NCBI RefSeq assembly: GCF_018977255.1
Contig: NW_024704743.1
Location: 53,446,001-53,510,000 of the forward strand
From: Callorhinchus milii
Taxonomy: Eukaryota
Direction of reading: 5' to 3'
Length of the DNA stretch: 64,000 nucleotides
Positions 22,901 to 35,437 of the stretch are shown piece after piece. The translations under genes were made by a program, and so were the position numbers. Under the pieces are notes generated by a model, which had not been told where the DNA came from, did no database searches, and saw only the letters and a list, made by a program, of their open reading frames with translations. The first letter of the stretch is position 1; each line of letters begins with the position of its first letter.

Positions 22901-25719
22901 GTACAGTGTGTAGAGCATAGGTGCACATTATCCAACTTATATCAATGCTTCCAAACCCCAGCACCTGCACAGAGATTTCAGGTCATGTGACTGTTCTATT
23001 TAGCTTATTACTTATTCACGTACATTACTGAAGTCAGAAAAATTAGAGAAAATGTTAGCACCATGTATGAAGGAGCAGTGAATGTGGAAAGTAAATGCAA
23101 CCAATGTTTTCTCCTCTGGTTTACAATGTGCTAATACACACTATTAAACAGTACGAGTGATTTTGACATTTACAAATGGTTGGAAAAGTGCATTCTTCAC
23201 TTGCTTTTTAAACACTAGATTTATCTGCTACTATTTTATCCCCAATTTCACTTGTAGAGCTACTTATTGTTTAAAAAAAGTAAACTAAGTACTCTGTATA
23301 GAATTATTAATCAAATAATATCAATTGAATAGCATTAGCATTGTATGCCAACATGATACAATCATTACCTTTTTTAAAAAGTCAATATTTAAGGAATTAG
23401 GATTGCATTCCTTATCCCTTCCCTGTTGCTAGGTCAGTGGCAAGTACAGTACGTAAACTCATTACAATATATCCCTCCATTCCTTCAACCTGGTGTACAG
23501 AATAATTTCTTAATATAGGAAAAAAAACTACAAAATATAAAGGGAGACGAAACAGCATCACAAACAAGATCAAATAATTCTGCTAATTCTAAAATATTGA
23601 AATAGAACTCATAATTGTGGAGTCCTGTAGCTAAGTGGTTAGAGCACTCGCCTTGCAAGCGAGAGGACCTGGGTTCGATTCCCGGGTGGGGCGAAACCTT
23701 AGGCAAGTTTCCTTACTTCACACTCCTCTGTTTACATAGCCGTAAGGTAGGAACCTGATTAGTCGATTGGTGGATCACTTTTCCGGGAGTAATAATCCCT
23801 TGGAAAAAATGTGGTTACTCAATTCATGACTGCTGTGTGCAATTGGCTGCTGCATTTCACCCACAAAATACAGTCAATTCGCTTTACAGTATATTCTGTG
23901 AAGCATTTGAGGCATCTCAATGATGTGATAAGGTGCTAAATCAAAGGGATGGATTATTATTATAAGTCTATCTGTAAAATATTCAAATTGGGATTTAATT
24001 TTTTGAAAACAAGAGCAGTTTGGGTTACAGGAAGAGAGGCAAACAATCTTAATCCTTTTCATGTGACTGTCAGATGACTACAGATCCACAGGATATTAGC
24101 AGTGTGGAAATTGATAGCGCTCTTGTTTAATGCTCTGCTTGAAAACAAATTACATAACAAAACTTTAAATCATAACAGTGATTAAAGTGCAACATATAGC
24201 TTCATAGCCCACAAAGTGCATTTACTGAACAAAGTGCTAACTTTGGTAAATCTGCAAGAATTTTCACAATAAATAAAACTTACAGAGAATGATACACACT
24301 CAACCAGTTCAGAGGTTATCTGAATGTACGCTTTTGTTTTGAGGCCCAGCTTTTTAATTTAATTATCTATAGCAAGCAAACTGGTAATTACTGCTGGGAA
24401 CATTTCACAACGAGCAAACCAGCAGCCACAAAGACAGTTGTATCTGTGCACCGGAGCAGGAAAACACTGTACACACAGAGTACCAACCGTTTGCACTGCT
24501 TATCACTTTTCCTCATGTCAGTTCTTTTCCTCTCTATCTCCTCCTCTTCCTAATTTACTCTCCTCTCCTCATTCTGCTTCCTCTCCTCCTCCACCTCTAT
24601 TGGCTCCTCCTGACTCCTAGAATTCTGCAGGAAGCTTTGTGGCCATTTTTCACTTGAGAGTAGACAACAACAAAATTACATTTATCTAGCGTCTTTCACA
24701 TTGGAAGGATGTTCCAAGCTGCTGGACAGTTAAGGGTTTGCACCAAGCTAAGGGTTGGAATCAAGATGGGTGGAGGGTAGGGGGTTGGAGATGGGAGGGT
24801 GTCTGAAGGCATAGTCAAAGAGGAAGGTCTTGAATAGTAATAGACCATTCAAGACGTATGTCTGTAGGTAATTCAGCCAAAGCTCTATGCTGAACTCAGT
24901 AATGTCCATGCAAGTACCTTCAACTTACCTGAGCCACAACAAGAATCAAACTATGACTGTTGCAGACACGTATGCCTCAACACAGTACCGTTACTCTGAG
25001 TAAAGGGGAACTTCTATGACAATTTGTCCCTATTGTCCTGTTTGCCTTTCTCAATAAATAACTAAATTATCAATAATAATAATCCTTGTATTTGATATAG
25101 TGCCTTATCACATCGTCGAGCCATGTTTCACAGGATATACTATAAAGTGCAGTGACTACGTATTTCGGGGGTGAAATGTGGAAGCCAGTTGCACACAGCA
25201 ATATCCCACAAACAGCCATGGAGTGGGTAACCAATTTTATTTGCATTTAAAACAAGGTTTTACACCGGTAACAGTCACATTGCTACAGAAGGCCAGGCCA
25301 TCTCTAGGGCTGAAGTTACTTGCATTAATATTAAGTTACAGAGGTACCTCAGGCTCAGGGCAAAAGTTAAGCACCTTCCCATTCCCAAGAATGATAAGAG
25401 CAGACAACCAACAGCCCCAGAGATTGATTCCCGCACACACCAACACCAATCAACTTCATATGAAGATAGACAGAATATACATCAATAATTGTCCAGCAAG
25501 TGGCCCTGGGATAAAATGTATTTAACATGCTATACGTTCACAACTGGCAACAGTTAGTTGCTGAAATGGAAAGAAAATCTAAAAAAAATGAAAGAGGAGC
25601 CTGGCGAAGAGGGCTGGGAGGAGAAGGATAAAATACAGCTTACTTTTGCGAGCAGTTATCTCCAGGACTGATGCCAGGAAGGTGATGCCGATCAGTACTA
25701 AGAAAGGGAAAGCCCTCAT
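10831..25719 (-). CDS. GPNMB: GPNMB, transmembrane glycoprotein NMB (PMEL/GPNMB family); complete 12-exon gene, 644 aa
   Basis: join(25644..25719,22664..22819,19741..19884,19009..19182,18763..18930,17503..17826,17014..17205,16437..16571,15162..15264,13657..13859,12056..12146,10831..10999) = 1935 nt, phases consistent. Signal peptide, N-terminal region, PKD domain, Thr-rich repeat, kringle-like Cys domain, TM helix, tail with YIPV and EKSPLL; lies between NUP42 and MALSU1. Confidence 0.95.
12056..12146 (-). CDS. GPNMB: GPNMB exon 11 (transmembrane helix)
   Basis: Hand translation GSSNATIQQTILILGACLVILIIGVTGLFY-R; ttacag| and |gtaagt, phases 1 and 2 fit neighbours. Confidence 0.93.
13657..13859 (-). 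CDS. GPNMB: GPNMB exon 10 (kringle-like Cys-rich domain)
   Basis: SIPTDVCTVIADKSCMVPKNIICDPI...CHFTLRRGFNQSGIYCVNITLSDNTSLAVASTLVSVK; ttacag| and |gtatgt. Confidence 0.96.
14900..15125 (+). mobile_element. CR1 LINE 3'-end fragment
   Basis: gtaaacctatggaacagg...ttcaaacacagattagatag...gatggaccttggtctttt...agcatttcttatgtt, homologous to the copy at 57300-57510. Confidence 0.75.
15162..15264 (-). CDS. GPNMB: GPNMB exon 9
   Basis: DGILEMKIVQMTSVQVATQPLANSMVDFVVTCNG; tgtcag| and |gtatgg. Confidence 0.95.
15520..16085 (+). mobile_element. degenerate L2 LINE 3' fragment
   Basis: PITPALARLHWIPIAEKIDFKILTLVFKSLH; tail gcgctatataaaagcaag(ttg)n. Confidence 0.85.
16437..16571 (-). CDS. GPNMB: GPNMB exon 8
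   Basis: TTGSPMTMGNTNSTRRPMQLARRRTPCLDCYISRYGYFKTNITIV; tttcag| and |gtaggt. Confidence 0.9.
17014..17205 (-). CDS. GPNMB: GPNMB exon 7 (Thr/Ser/Pro/Glu-rich repeat, mucin/RPT-like)
   Basis: 192 nt, phase 1-1, aaacag| acceptor (modest pyrimidine tract) and strong A|gtaagt donor; ATTPEP TTTAEI TTTREP TTTAES TTTPVP TTPSKS THASES TSTQQP TNTSEP TSTMSP ATNS. Confidence 0.8.
17503..17826 (-). CDS. GPNMB: GPNMB exon 6 (PKD domain)
   Basis: DKIPVFVTISQK...IQDPSNYLKKAAITYRWNFDDG...HNYTMLGQYTPTLTVEAIIPVPC; ttccag| and |gtaggc. Confidence 0.95.
18763..18930 (-). CDS. GPNMB: GPNMB exon 5
   Basis: GQYYQQTGGSKMMLSVNTTNITLADHMMELSVYRK...YIPITTASDPYTVT; atttag| and |gtaaga. Confidence 0.94.
19009..19182 (-). 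CDS. GPNMB: GPNMB exon 4
   Basis: ASSFFPGQYVYNWTSW...NIFPDGHPVPRHTEWRRKNFIYIWHTQ; ttgcag| and |gttggt. Confidence 0.94.
19741..19884 (-). CDS. GPNMB: GPNMB exon 3
   Basis: GGKVVAHLTNDGPTLVGANVTFAVMLEFPKCQKEDDNGDIIYDSNCKN; tttcag| and |gtaaat. Confidence 0.96.
21323..21645 (+). mobile_element. full-length tRNA-derived Deu-domain-type SINE (short form, young)
   Basis: A box TAGCTCAGTGG, B box GTTCAATTCC, gtttgtgggacattgctgtgcgcaattggctgccgcg core, LINE-like tail and (ATT)n. Confidence 0.92.
22664..22819 (-). CDS. GPNMB: GPNMB exon 2
   Basis: Hand translation SYRDVLTHGRKLFFTSRHSIHLPGWLPDSNSWDDQIYPSWRKNDIRWKHCWK-G; tgtcag| and |gtaagt. Confidence 0.95.
23618..23962 (+). mobile_element. SINE (long form)
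   Basis: ggagtcctgtagctaagtggttagagc...gggttcgattccc head, core and tail. Confidence 0.88.
25644..25719 (-). CDS. GPNMB: GPNMB exon 1 (signal peptide)
   Basis: MRAFPFLVLIGITFLASVLEITARK, hydrophobic leader; donor A|gtaagc, phase 1. Confidence 0.88.
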
Positions 25720-25878
25720 GCTCAGGATTAACTGTGAGGATGAAGATGTTTTAAGACCAAGGCAAGATCCTGACTTCTGCTCACTGCAAATGTCTGTGCA
25801 ACGACTCCAAGTGCTTTCTGAACACAGCCAAGGCTGACTGAGGCTCTCCCCAGCCAAATGAGCAATTTCATGGACTTA

Positions 25879-25886
25879 TCATGTGA
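25879..25886. promoter_or_regulatory. M-box-type E-box (MITF/TFE family) in the GPNMB proximal promoter
   Basis: TCATGTGA 160 nt upstream of the ATG; GPNMB is an established MITF/TFE3/TFEB target. Confidence 0.65.
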
Positions 25887-27171
25887 TGGTCTAAATGAGA
25901 ACCGACTGATTCCTCATTACTGTCAGCCAGTGGCTCCCCTCAACTCACTCAGATGTCTCTGAATCATTCCCCAATGATTTTGCTCGATCCGCTTGTGACC
26001 TTGAGGACACATGTTAGCACCACATCTGCGGGCTGGATCATGGTGACAAGGAAGAAGCGGGACCGACTCAGGGAAGAGGACTTGGCAACCAAAAGCTTGG
26101 TTTGGCTCACGATTACGTTGTGTTTCCATGTGGAGGGGGCATCACCTCTCACTGTAACTGAGCTAGATTCTCACATTACTCGGTGTCAAAGACCCACCTT
26201 AATTGTGTTTGGGAAATCAGCAGAAAGAAAGAGACGGGGTATGATTTGAGGAGGGGCATTTGGCATTGAAAGGGGAAAAAAGGTGAAACTTTAAGTAAAT
26301 TGTTTTTTTTCCATTTGAGAAAAGAATCACATGTGGACTCCCCTCCATCTTTCGAATTTAACGCAAGGCGCCAATGTTTGGCATAATTCAGAACCCTGTC
26401 GCCAAGACGATCGTGCGAGGCAAACTGGATAAAATGTTTTTTTACACATTTATTTCAGGTGAAAGCAGGATTGTAAGTGATGCACACAGCCTCAGGTGGG
26501 AGTTGCACGTTGTTGTCTTGACTAATCAGCTGCCAGAGACGCTACCCTCTAGTTTTATACACCTCCAATCTCTCAACTAGAAGAGGTGGTTGGTTTCAAC
26601 GTTTCTGTAGTGCTCAGCACCAGTGATTCTTTCCACATATAACGCATATAGTAACAATAATAATCCTTGCATTTAATATAGTGCCTTATCATATCGTTGA
26701 GACGTCTCAAAAAGCTTCACAGAATATACTGTCCAGTGAATTGACTGAATAATTTGTAGGCTAACTAGTTCAGTAAGATTACCCATTGATTGGAATCCGA
26801 GAAAGCGAACTGTTTATGTTAAGAAATGATCACATCGAATTGGGTTGAAATCCAGGTTGTGTCTTGAGGTACCAACTACATACTGTAGTTCCTGTCAACT
26901 AAACCACATCAGCAAAACAAGCTGAAGCAGGATTTCTGAAATAGTACCACTTCATTCTATCAGTTACTCAGAGATAATATAGCATTGTAAGAAATGCCAA
27001 GTCCTTCAGATGAGACATTAACCCAAGGTCCTGTGTGATATTATCTGACAAAGTGATGTTATCTGTCTATGCTTTTGGTCTCCAAACCGACTGTTGGGCG
27101 TTTCACAAATGTAGTGTGGGGTGCCAACTCTCAATGAGAATATGAAGTGATTCTGAGGGCAAGGTTATAAT

Positions 27172-27530
27172 GGAGTCCTGTAGCTCAGAGGTTAAAGCAC
27201 TTGCCTCGCAAGCGAGAGACCTGGGTTCAATTACGGGCAGGGTGAAACCTTGGGCAAGTTTCCTTACTCCACTTGCCTGATAATAATCCCTCAAAAAAAA
27301 AATTGGTCATTTCAATCCACAACTGTTTGTGGGACACTGCTGTGTGCAACTGGCTCCCGCGTTTCGCCCACAAATATCCAGTCAATTCACTTTACAGTAT
27401 ATTGGGACATCTTCCCGAGGTGAAAGGCGCTATACAAATGTAATCTTGTTGTTGTTGTATTCTGCGAGGCGCTTTGAGACGTCTAAAAGTCATGAAAAGC
27501 GCTATATCAAATGCAAGGATATTATTATAT
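27172..27530 (+). mobile_element. SINE (short form) with an L2-type tail fragment inserted in its 3' part
   Basis: Head and core as above; gggacatcttcccgaggtgaaaggcgctatacaaatgtaatc(ttg)n at ~27404-27457. Confidence 0.82.
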
Positions 27531-28349
27531 TAATAATTATTAATATATTAATATTAATAATAATAATAATCCTTTCATTTTGTATAGCACCTCATCACAT
27601 TAAAAGGACGTCTCAAAACACTTTACAGGATTTACTGTAAAGTGTGGTGACTGTATTTGTAGACAAACGCAGCAGCACTGCAATGTCCTACTTACAGCTG
27701 TGAAATGAATGACCAATTTTATTTGGGGAATTGTTGGCCAGGACACCAGGAGAAACTCCCTTCTCTTTTCGAATAGTGTTGTAGAATCTTTAAAGTCCCC
27801 CTGAACAGGAATGGACCTTGGTTTAGCGTGCCCTCCGACAAAGCAACACTCGCCCCCAGCACTGCATTGGACTGTCATCTCCTGACTATGTCAGTTCAAG
27901 TCCTGATGTGGGATTTGAACCCACAACTTTCTGACTCACTAAGCCAATGTTTCCAGACCACTTGAGGGATTCAGTGCCACATTGCTCAGCTTGTGCTTGG
28001 CACAGGAACACAAACATATCATCTGAAAGTAATCTGTATTTGACTTAACCCCATTGAAGATAGCTTATCAAATCTTCAGATACCTGCAAGGTTGGAAATT
28101 ACTAAACAAAACAGTTTTCTTCTCATAATTAATTGAAAACAACACATACAGTCCACTGCAATGCTTTTCCATAATTCAATCACTCCCTCTGTTTTTAACA
28201 TGTAAGAATGTGTAGTACTTTTAGAGGACAGGTTCTCGTGTATTGTAAATGGTTTGTGTGACCCTTTAAGGCAGAAATAATATTTTTGCAATTGATATAG
28301 TACCTTTCACATTGGGAGGATATCTAAAAATGTTTCACAGACTATTGAA

Positions 28350-28935
28350 CAACAACAGCAACAAACAACAACAAAGTTGCATTTAAATAGCGTCTTTCAT
28401 ATCAAGAGGATGTCGAAGGCACTGAAGAGTTAAGGATTTGCACCCAAGCTGGGGGTTGGATTTAGGAGGGTTGGTGCTAAGGGGTGGGAGGGGGAGATTA
28501 CCAAAGGCACGGTCAAAGAGCAAGGTTTTGAGATGGAGCTTGAAGGAAGTGAGAGAAGGGCCAAGGCAAAGGGACTCCGGAATAGAGTTCCAGAGAGTGG
28601 GGGCAGATAGGATGAAAGCCAGACCAACAATGATGTGATAGGCAGGGCAGGGGGCATGAAGCAGGCCAGTGACTGCTGAGTGGAGGGAGTAGGCAGGTTG
28701 ATAAGATTTTAAGAGGGTGCAGAAGTAGGGGTGGGGCAAGACTGTGCAGGCCTTTAAAAGTGAGGACAAGGATCTTGAACTGAATTCTCTGGGGGATGGG
28801 AAGTCAGTGGAGCTGGGTGAAGATGGGGGTGATTGGCTTGTAGAACCTAATGCTGGAGAGGACACAAGCTGCAGAGTTCTGGTTGATCTGCAGCTTGTTG
28901 AGGGAAAAATTGGGAAATGTGGCAAGCAGAGAGTT
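28350..28935 (-). mobile_element. degenerate L2 LINE 3' fragment
   Basis: [12 protein letters not shown]...SFKLHLKTLLF; (aac)n tail on the + strand. Confidence 0.88.
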
Positions 28936-30154
28936 AGAGTTAGGCTTGAACAAGCCTCTGAGTTTCCACATTGGCTCAGTGAAGTGTAGAGTACATCTAT
29001 GTAGATTGATACTGTCAGTGCCTGAGGTGAGAAGGCACTGTCAATGTCCCACAAACAGCTATGACCGATAATAGATGCAGCAAAATTGCTAAGCTCATGT
29101 ATGTTTGTGTATGTGTGTGTATTCAACTTGTGAGTTTGTGAAACAACAAAAAGAAAATAGCACCTTCACTCGCTAGTAATCAAAAACAGGAATCCTGTCT
29201 GAACTTTCTGTACCTAATCCAGGTGTTGAGGTCAATTATAGCCTTATTGCTGCCCCAGCCCAAGATAAGACAACCGGGTATTGAAACTGGGATTGTGAAG
29301 TCTGTGTGAACGAGTCCTTTCCTGGACTTTAGGTCTTGCTAAATAAGTTTAAATCATTAGGGGGGGCTTGACCTTTCTTGAAAGGCATATTCTTAATATT
29401 GTCTTTGACCCCAAGAATTACATTGAAATATTTCATAAGCGGTCCAAATAGGTGTAATTTTATTGAACTTTGATCTTCACCAAAGTACAGCACAGAATTG
29501 TCTTTGACTCTTTGCCCGAGCTATGATATTTATAGAATCCTTCCCTTTCCACTTTGGTAGGATTCTAAAAATGTAGAACTTGGAGACTCCCAATTAACGC
29601 AGGTAACACAGGACACAGGAATTAACTTGACTATTACATCTATTGATATCTCAATCCTGGCCAGTACAGGAGGTTTCCACAGCCATTTTGAACTTGAGAA
29701 CTTTGTCTTATTAGATATTAATTCATCAAATAAGCTTTTGTGTTTTATGATCTTCGTACCTATGAAGACAAGATTTGTCCATGAACAGGTTACTGGATTT
29801 GAAGGTTACAGGGTTGTTCCATTCACTTATTCCACACTGAATGTTCTCCCCAACAAAAAAGCTGAGGTCAACATGGCTCCGAGTGAAAGAAACTCTGTCA
29901 TTGCCACTGTTTGGACCACACAAACTACAAGGATACATCCGACATCAAAAGGGTTGGAACATCTTAGAACATGAGGAAGAAACAAATGTAGAGGTACACG
30001 AGAAAGGATTAAGGGGGAGGAGGCTCACGTGAAGTATAAATACTGGCATCGACTAGTTGGATCAAATGGTCTGTTTCTGTACTGTAACATTTTATGTTTA
30101 GTATTTCTATGTAACTACAAATTTAACTCAATTGCTTATGCCTAATACATAAGT

Positions 30155-30594
30155 AGAGTCCTGTAGCTCGGAGGCTAGAGCACTCGCTTCACAAGCAAGA
30201 GACCTGGGTTCGATTCCCGGCAGAGCGAAACCTTGGGCAAGTTTCCACACCTGATAATAATCCTTCAAGAACAAAAAAACAAAAATAAATTAGTCACTTC
30301 AACCCACGGCTGGCAAGTTTCTTTACTTCGCATGCTTCTGTTTACCTAGCAGTAAATAGGAACCCGGTTGTTAGTCGATTGAGGGATCACTTTTCCGGGG
30401 AGTAACAACTCCTTCAAAAATAAAAAGAACTTGGTTCCGACTGTTTGTGGGACTCTGCTGTATGCAAATGGCTGCCACGTTTTGCTCACAAAATATACAG
30501 TCAATTCACTTTACAGTATATTCTGTGAAGTCCTTTGAAACGTCTCGAAGATGTGATAAGGCGCTATATCAAATGAAAGGATTATTATTATTAT
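30155..30594 (+). mobile_element. chimeric SINE (short-form 5' part joined to long-form body)
   Basis: ggcaagttt junction occurs twice (~30236 and ~30312). Confidence 0.82.
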
Positions 30595-31362
30595 ATGCTG
30601 CGCTTTTTGAATGACGTATAGGTTTCGCTAAATATTGGTAAAAGTAATTTAATAAACAAAAAGAAAATGGTAGCATGTTAACTAAGATTGGCTAATTCAG
30701 CAAAGTCCAAGATACAAAGTCTTTTTTTCTGTATGGTGCAATGCGGTTGGTGCTTTTATTCACTAAGCCACTATGGAGGCATCCACTTTTTTAAGTAAAG
30801 AAGACTTTCCTGGTATATATTGCATATGTACAGTTAAGTAGTGAGGCATAGAGTGTTCAAATTCTAATTGTGTTTGACTGGTACAAGAATGGAGTTCAAT
30901 TAGAAAACAAATATACCAGAATCCCCAAATAAAAGAAGGAACTTTGCAAGTACATTTCCTCATAGTCAGTTTGTTGTTTTGTTTTTCTAAATAAAAACGA
31001 CATGTTTCTAATTCTCTGACGTTTTTATTAAAATTTGCCTTAAGTGGTTGCTTGCTGGAATCCTCGTGAAAAAAAATAAAATCATTGCCAGCTGACCAAC
31101 TTCTCATCTTAAATTAAATTATGGTTTCATTAAATTAACTTTTTGAGACTGAAAGGATTGGGGTGGGGGAAATTTTGTAATTTTAAAAATTCTCAGTTTA
31201 GCTCCAGTTTGTTTTTATTTAAACATATCACTTTTTTATTTAATTAGCCTTCTTCACGGTTCTTAAATATTAATGGTAATCCTTGCATTTGATGTCACCC
31301 CTTTTATGTCAGGAGGGCATCTGAAGAGCTTCACAGGATTTACTGTAAAATGTACTTTGTAA

Positions 31363-31989
31363 TGTAAGTCAGCGAGGGATTCAGAGGAGACTACCAAAAT
31401 GGTGGTGCAATGACAAGCAATTTTATTCAGCCAACAAGTACAAAGTTAACCTACACGATGATTAAAGGGGTAGTTTTACAGAGAAAACGGTATTACCCAG
31501 TTCCTCTGGGAAGCGAGCTGACGCTGTTCATTTCTTTACTTGCCTCCCTTCAATACTCTTATGCTAAGTGCACAGGTTTTATACCTTAATTTGCAATCTG
31601 TTTTACCCATATATGGTTAAGGCATAACCCAATATACAAAGTTCAAGCACCAGACATTTTGTCATCAATTCCTCCTTGTCTATTTGTAACTAGATTCTAA
31701 CCAACTCTGACCGATTGCATTTCGTGTTTTTTACCTCAATTGTTTTCTCACAATGCCTCTGCAAATTTAACACCCCCCTTCAACCCCTTAATTGCTGTTT
31801 AGCTTCTTTAATCTAATGTTATTTAAATATCTGCAGAACAACACAAGACCACAGCTCAACACAGATAAGAAACCAGTCAGAAAGATTTGGGTCAACAAAA
31901 TCAGTTCCAAGGAATCCATATTGTTTGGGAAACTGGGATTGATGAGATCAGACTAGTGTACAGGATCAAAGAAGAATATATATCTTACA
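31363..31989 (-). mobile_element. possible solo LTR (627 bp)
   Basis: TGTAAG...CTTACA inverted termini; minus-strand TATAAAA 31577-31583 followed by AATAAA 31422-31427; no clear TSD. Confidence 0.45.
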
Positions 31990-32402
31990 AGAACAACGAC
32001 GACAACAGCAAAATGACATTTGAATAGCACCTTTCATGTCGGGAGGATGTTACAAGGCACTGGATAGTCAAGTGTTTCAGACTCGAGCTGGGGGTTGGGA
32101 TTGGGGAAGGTGGAGGGCAGGGGCGGAATCAGGGTGATCGAAAGCATGGTCAAAGAGGAGGGTCTTGAGATGGGTCTTGAAGGTGGCAAGGTGACGACTG
32201 TTTTTAAAGGAACAAAGGGAACATTGCCAGTAGACAGGGAGAGACTTATGATATCTGTGAGTAGATATCTGTAATATCACACAAGTTGGTTCGATCCACA
32301 ATTTTTCTCTTTTTCAGCCCTACAAGTTGTTATCCCTCATGAAGAGTTATATACACAGCACAGACTGGTTGGACCAAGTCTGCTTCCTTGCTGATATTCT
32401 TT

Positions 32403-32680
32403 ATAATAATCCTTGTAGTTGATATAGCGCCTTATTGAGACATCTCAAGTGTTTCACAGGATATATTGTAAAGTGGGTTGACTGTATGTTGTAGGTGAAA
32501 TGCAGCAGCCAAATGCCCACAGCAATGTCTCACAAACAGTCGTGGAGTGAGTGACAATTTTGGGGGGGATTATTACCCCCAGAGAGTGATCCGCCAATCG
32601 ACTGACAATCGTGTTCCTACTTATTGCTGGGTAAACAGAGGAGTGTGGAGTAAGAAACCTTGACTAAAGTTTCACCCTGC
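32403..32680 (-). mobile_element. SINE (long form, head missing)
   Basis: Tail, core and insert present. Confidence 0.8.
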
Positions 32681-34828
32681 ATTTGTATTTATAAATATTT
32701 CACCAGTATTTATAAATTTGTTGTTATTGCTTCCGTCATTTCAATTGAGTAACTCTGGAACATGTTATTTCATTACTCCTGAATTTACTCAGTTGGAAGA
32801 AGACTGAAGATCTGAAGGTCTCAGTTTCTGATCCTGGGTATCAGCAAATGTGGTCTTGTGGAGAAACAAAGACCAGCATAGTCTCACTGAGTCAAATTTA
32901 CCATAATTTCTAAGACTATCTGTTTAAACAATACTTCTAAAACAAAGAGGTCTTCAAGTAGGGAAAATCATAGAGACTTGCAGTTCCACTAATCACAAAT
33001 CTATTTTCCAAAGAATTTCTACGGAAGTGACAGTTAATAGTCAAAATGTGCATTTACTAAAACATTAAAAAAACATTATTTGAACAAACAATTTAATAGG
33101 AATTTTATAAACTGAATATGGACTGCATTGTATTATTTCTGAGTGGTAGTGTACAGCATATAACAGTAATAAAGAAAGGCTATTATATGCTCATAGAAAT
33201 ATTACAAAGTGCAGAACTTTCGAGAATGAAGCTCATGATCAAGTGGGAGAGGAGGTTTTTGGCTTAGGTAACATGAAGAAGTCAGTCAGGCACACATATT
33301 GAAACCACATGGTACAGCTGACTGGAGCTTGTTTTGTTTAACAATCATGTGATTACATTATTTTAAAACCCCATCAAATCATATGGAATCAGATTAAAGT
33401 CTGGCAATATGTGTCCATAAATTCAAAAACAGTCACTGCACTTTACAGAAATCCCGTTGAAACACCTTGAAATGTTTTGACTATGTGATAAATGAAATGC
33501 AATGATTTTCCTCTTAATTCATTAATACATTTTGTTATTATTATTATTATTTGTTACATACCTTAAATTATATTATTCAGAAATGTAGAATTTTGCAATA
33601 TGATTGTTATCCATTACACCAGATTAATATACGCCCTACTCTTCTACCTGCCCCATCTTGCTCAGCTGGCACCAGCCTTCTGCATGTCTCTCATATACCT
33701 CTGCCCCACCATCGGTGGCTATGCTTTTAGTCACTAAGCCCTTAAATCTGGAACTCCCTACCCCAGTCACTCTGCTATGTCCCCTTCTTACCTGACTTCA
33801 GATCACACCAAAGACCTTTCTCTTTGATTGTCCCTACCGTCTCCTCCCACCTTTTCTTGGCTCATCATCAAATTCTGCCACTTTTAAGCATTCCAAGACA
33901 CAACCCCCGTGTAGGGCGCTATATCAAAGTAAGTTGCTGTATATATATTTTAAAAGAATATTTGACAAAAATGTATATTTTTATTTTTTATTTATTTTTA
34001 TACTGTAATTTATATTTTACAGTATATTCTGTGAAGCACTTTGAGATGTCTCGAAGACATGATAAGGCGCTATATCAAATGCAAGGATTACTATTATTAT
34101 AATTTTGCATAACAAATAGTTCTGACCTTTATAGGTGACCACTGAGATCATATAGCCTAAAACTTCACATTTTTCATTTGAGAAAAAGCATTCCAGTTCT
34201 ATTTCAAACTATACGGTTGATGTTATTCAGAAATATAGAATATAGTAATTGTGTTTCATACAGAGGATGAATAACAATAAGACTGAGATTCTAGAAAGGT
34301 TCAAAGGGTTGAAAATTAAATCCTCCAAGACAGATATACCCCCAGGTATTCAGAGGCAAGAGATTTATGAAAATGGGACACAAGATTATGAGGAAGTCAA
34401 TCGCTACTGGTGAGGTTCCAAAAGACTGGAAGCAAGCGAATCTGCTTACCATATTCAACAAAGTTGACAGAACCGTTATCCTGACCTCAATAATTGGAAT
34501 TAATCATCACAAAGAAAATGGAATATTACCTGTATAAAATAAGTCGATAAATTACAACCAGTACAGATTCAGAAGGGGTAAAGTGTAGCTCATGTCTGAC
34601 TAACCTCAAACATTTTTAAAGTGATGACCCATATTGACTGTGTGAAGACACATAATACAATGTTATCTAGGTGTTTGAATTTTACGAGCGAGTGACCAGA
34701 GTGGGGATGCATGTGGTTTACATCAGGCCTGGGGGGTGTCCTTCAGCATCTCCTCCTAGGATTAATGGATGATATTTACACATTTATGACTAATTCCTCT
34801 GCTTGTAGTGATGAGGTTGAGGAGATGT

Positions 34829-35437
34829 TCATGACCCGCTCTGCCTTCCCTCACCTCCGTAACATCACCCGACTCCGCCACTACCTCACCCCTCAGGCCC
34901 GTGAAACTCATTCATGCCTTCATCATCTCCAGGCTCGACTATGCAAACGCCCTGCTTGTCAGCCTTCCCAACTCCTCCCTCCACAGGCTGGAGATAATCC
35001 TGAACTCTGCAGCCTGTGTCCTCTCCCGCACCAAACTCCATGACCCCATCTCCCCCATTCTCGCCCAACTCCATTGGCTCCCTATCCTTCAGAGGATCCA
35101 GTTCAAAATCCTGGTCCTCACCAAAAAGCCCTCCATGGCCTCGCCCTACACTACCTCTGCGACCTCCTAATACCCTACCAACCCGCCCATTCCCTCTGCT
35201 CTGCTGGCTCTGGCCTGCTCCACATCCCCTGCTCCACCATTGGCAGGAGAGCCTTCAGCCACTCTGCCCCCAACCTCTGGAATTCCATTCCCCAATCACT
35301 CTGCCTCGCCCCCTCCAAGTCCCATCAACTTCGACCGTGCCATCGGCCACCCCCCTTCCCACCGCACTGACCCCACCTCGTGTCTGAAATGCTGTACTCT
35401 GTCCAGCGCCTTGGGATGTCGTCCCGACATGAAAGGC
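34829..35437 (+). mobile_element. L2 LINE 3' fragment nested in an older CR1 remnant
   Basis: [34 protein letters not shown]1-like RT remnants at ~34290-34690 and ~35500-35690 flank it. Confidence 0.88.

Noticed and set aside
10831..25719. Calling this gene PMEL rather than GPNMB
   Set aside because: Synteny (KLHL7-NUP42-x-MALSU1), the FPKCQKEDDNGDIIY and VYNWT motifs, PKD sequons and the YKEYxP...KAVLF...EKSPLL tail are GPNMB-type.
29340..30032. Short ORFs that might be a DNA-transposon relic
   Set aside because: No recognisable motif, matching TIR pair or splice pattern.
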